64,000 bases of DNA from Macrostomum lignano (taxonomy: Eukaryota). Shown here one piece after another: positions 34,868 through 46,000 of this stretch. The DNA lies in the NCBI GenBank assembly GCA_002269645.1, contig NIVC01001247.1:282928-346927 (forward strand), written 5' to 3'. The notes beneath the pieces are model-generated. The model made no database searches, was not told where the DNA came from, and saw only the letters and a list, made by a program, of their open reading frames with translations. Position 1 is the stretch's first letter. Each line of letters starts with the position of its first letter. The position numbers were made by a program, and so were the translations under genes.

Positions 34868-37800
34868 CTGTAGAATTTCATATTTGACTCTAGTAAAACA
34901 GCTTGGCAATTGCTGATTGATTATCCTGGATTTCCCGTATTTTAATGCATAGAAAATTTTCCGGAATCGCCGCCTTGGAATATCTAGAAAGCAGATTAAG
35001 CTAGAGACACGATTCTTTCTAGGGAAGATAGGGACTGACACGCTCTAATGATCTGTAGAATCTCATATTTGAGTCTTCTAATACAGCTTGGCAATTGCTG
35101 ATTGATTTTCGCGAATTTCACCATTTGAATGCATTGCAATTTTCTGGAATCGCCGTTTTTGAGTGAATATCTGGAAAGCAGATTAAGCTAGAGACACGAT
35201 TCTTTCTGGGAAGACAGGGACTGACACGCTCTAATGATCTGTAGAATCTCATATCTGAGTCTTCTAATACAGCTTGGCAATTGTGATTGATTTTCCTGGA
35301 TTTCCCTTATTTAATACATAGAAATTTTCCGGAATCTCCGCCTTCGAATATCTGGAAAGAGATTAAGCTAGAGACATGATTCTTTCTAGGGAAGACAGGG
35401 ACTGACACGCTCTAATGATCTGTAGAATCTCATATCTGAGTCTTCTAATACAGCTTGGCAATTGCTGATTGATTTTCCTGAATTTCACCATTTGAAATCA
35501 TTGCAATTTTCTGGAATCGCCGTTTTGAGTGAATATCTGGAAAGCAGATTAAGCTAGAGACACGATTCTTTCTGGGGAAGACAGGGACTGACACGCTCTA
35601 ATGATCTGTAGAATCTCATATCTGAGTCTTCTAATACAGCTTGGCAATTTGTGATTGATTTTCCTGGATTTCCCTTATTTAAATACATAGAAATTTTCCG
35701 GAATCTCCGCCTTCGAATATCTGGAAAGCAGATTAAGCTAGAGACATGATTCTTTCTAGGGAAGACAGGGACTGACACGCTCTAATGATCTGTAGAATCT
35801 CATATCTGAGTCTTCTAATACAGCTTGGCAATTGCTGATTGATTTTCCTGGATTTCCCTTATTTAAATACATAGAAATTTTCCGGAATCTCCGCCTTCGA
35901 ATATCTGGAAAGCAGATTAAGCTAGAGATATGATTCTTTCTAGGGAAGACAGGGACTGACACGCTCTAATGATCTGTAGAATCTCATATCTGAGTCTTCT
36001 AATACAGCTTGGCAATTTGTGATTGATTTTCCTGGATTTCCCTTATTTAAATACATAGAAATTTTCGGAATCTCCGCCTTCGAATATCTGGAAAGCAGAT
36101 TAAGCTAGAGACACGATTCTTTCTAGGGAAGACAGGGACTGACACGCTCTAATGATCTGTAGAATCTCATATCTGAGTCTTCTAATACAGCTTGGCAATT
36201 GCTGATTGATTTTCGCGAATTTCACCATTTGAATGCATTGCAATTTTCTGGAATCGCCATTTTTGAATGAATATCTGGAAAGCAGATTAAGCTAGAGACA
36301 CGATTCTTTCTGGGGAAGACAGGGACTGACACGCTCTAATGATCTGTAGAATCTCATATCTGAGTCTTCTAATACAGCTTGGCAATTGTGATTGATTTTC
36401 CTGGATTTCCCTTATTTAAATACATAGAAATTTTCCGGAATCTCCGCCTTCGAATATCTGGAAAGCAGATTAAGCTAGAGACATGATTCTTTCTAGGGAA
36501 GATAGGGACTGACACGCTCTAATGATCTGTAGAATCTCATATCTGAGTCTTCTAATACAGCTTGGCAATTTGTGATTGATTTTCCTGGATTTCCCTTATT
36601 AAATACATAGAAATTTTCCGGAATCTCCGCCTTCGAATATCTGGAAAGCAGATTAAGCTAGAGACACGATTCTTTCTAGGGAAGACAGGGACTGACACGC
36701 TCTAATGATCTGTAGAATCTCATATCTGAGTCTTCTAATACAGCTTGGCAATTGCTGATTGATTTTCGCGAATTTCACCATTTGAATGCATTGCAATTTT
36801 CTGGAATCGCCATTTTTGAATGAATATCTGGAAAGCAGATTAAGCTAGAGACACGATTCTTTCTGGAAAGACAGGGACTGACACGCTCTAATGATCTGTA
36901 GAATCTCATATCTGAGTCTTCTAATACAGCTTGGCAATTGTGATTGATTTTCCTGGATTTCCCTTATTTAAATACATAGAAATTTTCCGGAATCTCCGCC
37001 TTCGAATATCTGGAAAGCAGATTAAGCTAGAGACACGATTCTTTCTAGGGAAGACAGGGACTGACACGCTCTAATGATCTGTAGAATCTCATATCTGAGT
37101 CTTCTAATACAGCTTGGCAATTGCTGATTGATTTTCGCGAATTTCACCATTTGAATGCATTGCAATTTTCTGGAATCGCCATTTTTGAATGAATATCTGG
37201 AAAGCAGATTAAGCTAGAGACACGATTCTTTCTGGGGAAGACAGGGACTGACACGCTCTAATGATCTGTAGAATCTCATATCTGAGTCTTCTAATACAGC
37301 TTGGCAATTGTGATTGATTTTCCTGGATTTCCCTTATTTAAATACATAGAAATTTTCCGGAATCTCCGCCTTCGAATATCTGGAAAGCAGATTAAGCTAG
37401 AGACACGATTCTTTCTCTAGGGAAGATAGGGACTGACACGCTCTAATGATCTGTAGAATCTCATATCTGAGTCTTCTAATACAGCTTTGCAATTGCTGAT
37501 TGATTTTCCTGGATTTCCCTTATTTAAATACATAGAAATTTTCCGGAATCTCCGCCTTCGAATATCTGGAAAGCAGATTAAGCTAGAGACATGATTCTTT
37601 CTAGGGAAGATAGGGACTGACACGCTCTAATGATCTGTAGAATCTCATATCTGAGTCTTCTAATACAGCTTGGCAATTGCTGATTGATTTTCGCGAATTT
37701 CACCATTTGAATGCATTGCAATTTTCTGGAATCGCCATTTTTGAATGAATATCTGGAAAGCAGATTAAGCTAGAGACACGATTCTTTCTGGAAAGACAGG

Positions 37801-40110
37801 GACTGACACGCTCTAATGATCTGTAGAATCTCATATTGAGTCTTCTAATACAGCTTGGCAATTGCTGATTGATTTTCCTGGATTTCCCTTATTTAAATAC
37901 ATAGAAATTTTCCGGAATCTCCGCCTTCAAATATCTGGAAAGCAGATTAAGCTAGAGACATGATTCTTTCTAGGGAAGATAGGGACTGACACGCTCTAAT
38001 GATCTGTAGAATCTCATATCTGAGTCTTCTAATACAGCTTGGCAATTGCTGATTGATTTTCGCGAATTTCACCATTTGAATGCATTGCAATTTTCTGGAA
38101 TCGCCATTTTTGAATGAATATCTGGAAGCAGATTAAGCTAGAGACACGATTCTTTCTGGGGAAGACAGGGACTGACACGCTCTAATGATCTGTAGAATCT
38201 CATATTTGAGTCTTCTAATACAGCTTGGCAATTGCTGATTGATTTTCCTGGATTTCCCTTATTTAAATACATAGAAATTTTCCGGAATCTCCGCCTTCGA
38301 ATATCTGGAAAGCAGATTAAGCTAGAGACACGATTCTTTCTGGGGAAGATAGGGACTGACACGCTCTAATGATCTGTAGAATCTCATATCTGAGTCTTCT
38401 AATACAGCTTGGCAATTGCTGATTGATTTTCGCGAATTTCACCATTTGAATGCATTGCAATTTTCTGGAATCGCCATTTTTGAATGAATATCTGGAAGGC
38501 AGATTAAGCTAGAGACACGATTCTTTCTAGGGAAGATAGGGACTGACACGCTCTAATGATCTGTAGAATCTCATATCTGAGTCTTCTAATACAGCTTGGC
38601 AATTGCTGATTGATTTTCGCGAATTTCACCATTTGAATGCATTGCAATTTTCTGGAATCGCCATTTTTGAATGAATATCTGGAAGGCAGATTAAGCTAGA
38701 GACACGATTCTTTCTAGGGAAGATAGGGACTGACACGCTCTAATGATCTGTAGAATCTCATATCTGAGTCTTCTAATACAGCTTGGCAATTTGTGATTGA
38801 TTTTCCTGGATTTCCCTTATTTAAATACATAGAAATTTTCCGGAATCTCCGCCTTCGAATATCTGGAAAGCAGATTAAGCTAGAGACACGATTCTTTCTA
38901 GGGAAGATAGGGACTGACACGCTCTAATGATCTGTAGAATCTCATATCTGAGTCTTCTAATACAGCTTGGCAATTGCTGATTGATTTTCGCGAATTTCAC
39001 CATTTGAATGCATTGCAATTTTCTGGAATCGCCATTTTTGAATGAATATCTGGAAAGCAGATTAAGCTAGAGACACGATTCTTTCTGGGGAAGACAGGGA
39101 CTGACACGCTCTAATGATCTGTAGAATCTCATATCTGAGTCTTCTAAAACAGCTTGGCAATTTGTGATTGATTTTCCTGGATTTCCCTTATTAAAATACA
39201 TAGAAATTTTCCGGAATCTCCGCCTTCGAATATCTGGAAAGCAGATTAAGCTAGAGACACGATTCTTTCTAGGGAAGATAGGGACTGACACGCTCTAATG
39301 ATCTGTAGAATCTCATATCTGAGTCTTCTAATACAGCTTGGCAATTGCTGATTGATTTTCGCGAATTTCACCATTTGAATGCATTGCAATTTTCTGGAAT
39401 CGCCGTTTTTGAGTGAATATCTGGAAAGCAGATTAAGCTAGAGACACGATTCTTTCTGGGGAAGACAGGGACTGACACGCTCTAATGATCTGTAGAATCT
39501 CATATTTGAGTCTTCTAATACAGCTTGGCAATTTGTGATTGATTTTCCTGGATTTCCCTTATTTAAATACATAGAAATTTTCCGGAATCTCCGCCTTCGA
39601 ATATCTGGAAAGCAGATTAAGCTAGAGACACGATTCTTTCTGGGGAAGATAGGGACTGACACGCTCTAATGATCTGTAGAATCTCATATTTGAGTCTTCT
39701 AATACAGCTTGGCAATTTGTGATTGATTTTCGCGAATTTCACCATTTGAATGCATTGCAATTTTCTGGAATCGCCGTTTTTGAATGAATATCTGGAAAGC
39801 AGATTAAGCTAGAGACACGATTCTTTCTGGGGAAGATAGGGACTGACACGCTCTAATGATCTGTAGAATCTCATATCTGAGTCTTCTAATACAGCTTGGC
39901 AATTTGTGATTGATTTTCCTGGATTTCCCTTATTTAAATACATAGAAATTTTCCGGAATCTCCGCCTTCGAATATCTGGAAAGCAGATTAAGCTAGAGAC
40001 ACGATTCTTTCTAGGGAAGATAGGGACTGACACGCTCCAGCGATCTGCAGAACCTCATATTTGAGTCTTCTAATACAGCTTGGCAATTTCTGATTGTTCT
40101 TACTGGATTT
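34868..40110. repeat. ~185-bp satellite array, ~28 monomers of two subtypes (A ~184 bp, B ~187 bp)
   Basis: Shared core GAAAGCAGATTAAGCTAGAGACACGATTCTTTCT..GGGACTGACACGCTCTAATGATCTGTAGAATCTCATATCTGAGTCTTCTAATACAGCTTGGCAAT; A has CCTGGATTTCCCTTATTTAAATACATAG, B has CGCGAATTTCACCATTTGAATGCATTGC; 371-bp periodicity in ORF track (39067, 39438, 39809). Confidence 0.97.
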
Positions 40111-40759
40111 CCCATTTAAGAATTGATGACGACACTCATAAAGCAGAAATTTAAAAAATCATCAAAGTTTCATTTCGTAGTTACCTACTTTCAGTAGCAT
40201 TTATTGAAAAATTCTTGGCTGAAAGATTCTGAAAAAGCTACTTTTTTGCCGAGAATGATTTTGATAACATACGAGCGTATTATTTCTTGAAATGAGGTTA
40301 TAGACTTGAAAATTGTTCAACAAATAAAAATGGAGATCCAGGAACATAAAATTACTAATAATAGACCCTAGACTTATGAAAAGCGTGTTTTTTTACACAG
40401 TGCCCCCCACTCTGCGCCCTCTCGATAGTAAGTAGTACAGTGAAATTGTGAAAAACTCGGCGTCGAAATTTCGATGTTCTGGCGCCCAGCGCCATCTGTT
40501 GGACCGGGCGCCAGTGCACCACTGGGTTGTGTAGCTTTTGTGTAGCGTTAGCGTAGCGTTTGGATTCTGTGCCATACAGGAAAGAAATATTTTTTAAATA
40601 TTTGTATTAAATCTAACGAGCCTGTTGTAATTCAATTTTCAGTTTTAAATCGGTGTTGTAAAATAATTTACAAGCCCTTCGCCGAAGAAGCGGGTAGACT
40701 CTGGTCTCTGGTGCCTGCTCGATGCGAGTAAAGTCTTGCTCGTTCCAAGCTAATTTGGA

Positions 40760-43700
40760 ATGGACCCGACGGTCTTAGAGATTCTTCCACAGCCGCCTAA
40801 TCCGACACCCTTGTTAAACTTCTTCCCGAATGAGGAATATTTTGACTTTTTAAAGTCTCGTTACAATGAACTAAAAACAAAGCCTGGAACTAGAGATGGA
40901 CTACTTGGAGTCGAGGAATGTAAAAACGAAGATGATGAAAAGACATTTGGGTTTTTTGCAAAGGCTTTTATCTTTGTCTTTTTGGGAAACGAATATCTAT
41001 TTAGGAATCAAGCAACGGAAGGTCAACGATTCCTCAATTTGTTCAAAAATTTAATTGGCAAACAAGCTGCAGACACGCTTAACCACGCTGCCTCTCCGAA
41101 TTCGGACCCTGAATGCAGTGGTGGTGTAATCGACGAGGGCAGTATGAAAAGGGGAAATAATACCCGAGCTTCTTCAAAGCTTTCTAAAGACAATAGCGAA
41201 GGAAATTGTGCTATAACGTCTCAACTGTCGGAACCTGAAGGCAACGTTATTGACTCCAAAGAAAACAGAACAAACCGACGAATCAGTGTAAAAGCTAGCG
41301 CAAAGTTTCTTATGGTTAATAGATATGCAGACAAGTATGAAGAGCTTATAAAAGAATGTTTCAAGCCTAAGTCTAGCAACAAAAGCGAAGAGTCAAAGGC
41401 TGCGTCGAGTCAACTGACATTTGAGTGGACGCATGAGCATTCTTGCACACTTCAGTTCATCACTTTACATTATATAGTGGGCGAATGCCGTTTAATGCTC
41501 TTTAACCGGACCAATGTCCGAGCGCATAGACTAAGAGAGAAAACAAAGTTTCTTTTCTGGCTGTGTACTGATTATATTCGAAGAGCGCCCGAAGAGTCCA
41601 AAGTTTTTGTCGACCTATCCAGACACGCGACTGGAAGCATTCTTTTTAGCTGTGGAATGCAGCAGGGTACCTTTGAACATTGGTATCTATCTAAAGCATT
41701 CCTTTGTTTCGAAGCCATGATTAATTGGAAGCCTAGAAAACATTCAAGAACAGTTCGCAAGCTAGACTCGGATATTAGAGTTGACGATGGATCTATCCAA
41801 GGAATTCTAAAGTTGACGGCCATTTTTATTGAACTTCGTCAGGCTACGAAGGCTCGAAAATTGATCGATCAGGCTCTTAAACTCAACAAGTTACCAGCAG
41901 ATACTGAGATCGTTTGCAAGAGTTACTTTACTGCCTATGCCATGTACTTGTACGGACTAATTGATTTTGAGGAAACTTGTCCTCTAGCCAGTAAACTTAA
42001 TGCGGGTTCTCGTTTACTTGACCGCGAAAAGCTTATGAAAGCATATGGAAGTGCAAAGAAACACCTGCGCGAGTGTTTAAAAAATTTAACGGAAGAAATC
42101 TCCGAACTTGGGCTTACCGCTTCTGCGTACACATTGATGGGCATTGTTTGCGTGAACGAAGCAGCGGACTTTACAATGGAGCATGAAGGCGGTTTGTAAT
42201 ATTTAGAGAAGGCTGTTTCGTTAGAGTCTAAATTCGAAACCAACACTATTATGGCTGCAAATGTGATCCAGATTTTGCAGCAAGGTACCACGCTGGCAAC
42301 TACGCAGGCTGCTCGAGACAAGTGTCGAGAATTGTACTTTACCGTAAGCATTAATAATTGTTATTCTTGGTAATGATTTAAATGAATTTTTTTCACTTAT
42401 TATAGCATATCGGTACTTCAGTAAGAGCTAATGTATCACATTTTAATTCTAGATCGTTACTACAAGAGAACCAGAAACAATTCGAACTCAAGTCGACGTT
42501 CCTACCGATGTTGAAACATTGGGCTTTCCTTCATCTGCCGAATCTACATCCCAGTATAACACGAAGGATGTTTCTCCTGCAAGTGCGTCCAGTCAAAGCG
42601 ATAGTGTCTTTAATGTAGTTGCCATAGCAAGAGAGTTCACCTATGGATATCGCGAAGGAAGCTTAGCTTACTGGAAGAAGAAATTAAACAATATTCTGGA
42701 CCGTAGCAAAATATTACACAGATTGGTTTTCCTTCTATTTCTCTCGAGACATCATCTACGCTCGTATTTCTTGAGAAAAGCTGAATGCCGGCAAGCTAAA
42801 GTCTCACGCCTAATCTCTCTTGCATTTGGTCTGAAGCTAGAAACCAATGGAAGCTTTACATTAAAAGATCTGTCTGAATCTTTTCCACGCCATTGCAGAG
42901 AATTGATCTTTGTAGTCGCATTCTGGACTATCAATGAAGGCATGCTGGCTCTTGGTAATGCCCTCGAATATTATCAGCAAAAGTCCGCCGCAGAGGTGCG
43001 GCAACGTTGGGACGATTGCGATGAGTCATTCGCTTTGCAGCTTGTTTCTTGGGCTTTGTATAGTTTTCGGCTGAGTAACAAGAAAAGCAACGATTGGAAA
43101 AGAGCTCAAGAATGTTTCAGGCGCGGTCAGGATTTGTTCAACGCGATCCGAAATAGCTGGAAATCTGACGAAATTCCTGCTCTTATTTTCTTGGAAAATT
43201 ATTTAGCAGAAGGCTTCTACCGACTAAATGACGTCGTAGCATTCGATGATCGCTACAAGACCGATAAAAAACTCATTACAACCACAGTTGACTTGCTACA
43301 AGACCGAAACCGATTAAAACGTTTAGAAAGAAGTCACAATGGCCCAGGAATCGAGACTTTATTGAGTTACTTAAACTCTGTGTGCGTGAACTTTCCCGCA
43401 TTGTTGAATCGTCTACTGAACCAATCAGCTGGGAGGCGTAATCGCAGGCTTCACGGTGGTCTCGTCTCTAGCCTTTTAGAGTCAACTGGCATCCTAGAGA
43501 CTTTCGACTTTATAATAGACACGTCGCAGGCGTCCGACAAGCTGAAACAACTGGATGAGGCTTACGTCCTGTGCCAAAAAAGAGGTCTAATGGATACAGA
43601 GGCCCACGCTTTGGTGCACATGCAAGCGGGTCTTCAGCTATTACGCTATGGGGAAGTTAATCCGTTTAAGCCTCATTACGACAGTTTCAGTGCTGCAATT

Positions 43701-44754
43701 TTAAAGTTTAGGAAAGCTGCTAGAATTCTCGAGCTTATCTGCGGCGATGATGTCAAAGTGACGTACTGTTACACTGTTTTAAGCGTTCTCTACTCCAGTC
43801 AGATGCAGATTGACGAGCAAGAATCTAGATGCCTTCAGTGTCTCAGAAAGTGTGCCAGGATTGAGAGCAATCTCATCTTCAAGGAAGCATCGCCCAGTCC
43901 CTGGCTATGGAAGTGTTTAGATGTGGCCCGAATTTGCAGAGAGCAGTTTCGCATGGTGCGGCAAAACACGAATGATGAGGATGCGCTGATTGAAAGCGAA
44001 TGGCAAAGTATATTCGATAAATTGTTTGTAAGTTTTTCACTATTATGCATGCAATCTTTAAGAAATATTATGGACGCGGTACATTTAATCATATTTGTCT
44101 TCGGCAGGCCCTTCTTGGTCGAAAGACTTTGATGTGTCAAATGCCAGTCGATATTAACGATGCATCGAATTCCGAGACTATGTTGGCTGAAACTCTATCA
44201 GGTGAGTGTAAATTTGCACGTGTAGCCATTTGGTATTTGAGACTTGGTTTACCTGAATGTAAAAACACAGTTTAGAACACACTTTCTCATTGTTGAATGG
44301 ATTTTTTTAATTAAGATTTTTAATTCCATCTAGCTATAATGACAAATAAGATTTCCTCCTTTTTTTAAAAACATCAATCAACGTTACAGATGCGTTGGTA
44401 GACTGGGAAGAAAAGCGAACTGTCAGCATGAAAGGCCTCACGAATCTGTTTAGGGATCGCCAGTTTCCAGAGGACTGTCTACCAAGCGATGGCGAGATCA
44501 GAGTCTACGCTACTTACCTCAACAAGCTGTTTAGTCAGCACTGGGAGCTGTGCCACAACGGCGACAATCGAGATTGTCCGCTGGAAAAACTTGACGTGGA
44601 GCGAAACCACTTTTTGCTGGGTATTTCCGAGTACTCACGCAAAAGCGTCAAGGAAAAAAACAAAATTTTCACCCGACTACAACGGAATCACAATCTGCTG
44701 TTAAATGAATGCAAGTTTGCTAAACGCTTTCACTACAAATTTGCGAATTTTTAA
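40760..44754 (+). pseudogene. Alpha-helical (TPR-like) repeat protein paralogue A, 4 exons, one in-frame stop
   Basis: Exons 40760-42343, 42453-44027, 44108-44201, 44390-44754 phase-consistent (~1205 codons); TAA at 42197-42199 interrupts region homologous to B and C (..GL*YLEKAVSLE vs LAYLQEAVQVE / LAHLKEAVSIE). Confidence 0.7.
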
Positions 44755-46000
44755 ACTTCACTTTTTTATTTAAGCGATTGAAATGGAATTCAAAATGTGA
44801 TTCGGTTTTAGTTGCTTTATTATTGTGCTGAATAGTCGCGTTTTTTATCACGAATCGTATATTAAACTTTCTCTTTGTTTACTTTGAATTAAAACTTCTG
44901 GATTCGTGTGAGCTGAACAAGTTTTATTTTATGGTGGTATGAACGAGCTCTTTACATAAATTTTACTGTCAGTTTATGAATCTCCCTAACTCTTAGTTAA
45001 GTGCATAGAATAGCGCCAATGTCTCAAATATTATTGTACATAATCGGTTTGAACTATGATCTTTTTGTTTGTTTGATTTTGTTTTATCGAAATCGACAAA
45101 ACGTTAACAGCTGTTTGAAAGCATTACTGGTAGCGACTTTCAGTAGGTATTTTGTCGAGCTATTTGGGCTAGTTAAGTGATTTATCAGGTAACAAATTGT
45201 TTTGCTACTCTGCACAGCTTTTTACAGGTTTGCTCTGAATAGTTTGCCACTTAATAACCTGACATTTTTCTGTCTAACACTTCGTTCGATATTTTGTTTC
45301 TTGCAGCTGATCTGTTTTATTGCACTGTACATATTTGGCTTTAAAATGATCCGTGTAAATTTTATGTTTATTTATTCAATATAATAATAATAAGGAAAAT
45401 TTTATATTTGCTACTGACTTCACTCCTGATTTGAATTTCAAACCGCCTAAACAATATATTAAGACTGCGTAAATGTTTAAAAGCTTCAGGGTTTTTGATT
45501 TATTGTGATATGGGTTTTTACAAGCAGTTATGCCGGTTATATGTATTAGTTCTATTAGTTACACCTGTTTTGAAAACTTTAACGCGTCTCCCAAAATCAA
45601 CGAATTTTAATTATGTCTAAATTAATTGTTCAGAATCGGTAAAATTTACAGTTAAGGATAAAGCAGTTTTGCTTTTCCGCTACTATCAGTAGTTTGGCTC
45701 CAGGAAATGTTAGTAATTGGAGTAAGTAGATAAGGCTAGGCGGGTTTGCCTACAATTAAAAAAAGCAGTGGAACTCTCGGAAGAACAAACGTTTTAAACA
45801 CATTTATCGTGGAATATAATCCTTTTGTAGACCCGGCTTGGGCTATTGAATTTTTAGGAAAATAGCTATAGCTACTTTTTGATTTGGTCTAGGTAGCAAC
45901 GTTTGCTATAGTATTCTCAATTATCACTGATTACAGCTGAATCTCATTTTTTACTTCAGACTGAGAAAATCTACATTTAGCTACCCTGACCCTAAGAACA

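Larger units (their letters stand above)
24589..40526. mobile_element. CMC superfamily DNA transposon, copy 2 (15.9 kb incl. nested MITE and satellite)
   Basis: CCCAGTGG at 24589 and CCACTGGG ending 40526, flanked by TT on both sides; TACGCCCC/GCGCCC subterminal motifs; same transposase + divergent accessory gene layout as copy 1. Confidence 0.82.

Noticed and set aside
34844-40033. Repeated 68-74-aa ORFs (MSVPIFPRKN...)
   Set aside because: By-products of the satellite monomer; broken by frequent indels between units.
34868-40110. CRISPR array or hammerhead-ribozyme (retrozyme) satellite
   Set aside because: Eukaryotic context, no unique spacers and no cas genes; the CTGATTGA/GAAA words do not give a convincing CUGANGA-GAAA core with flanking stems by eye (an Infernal scan would settle it).
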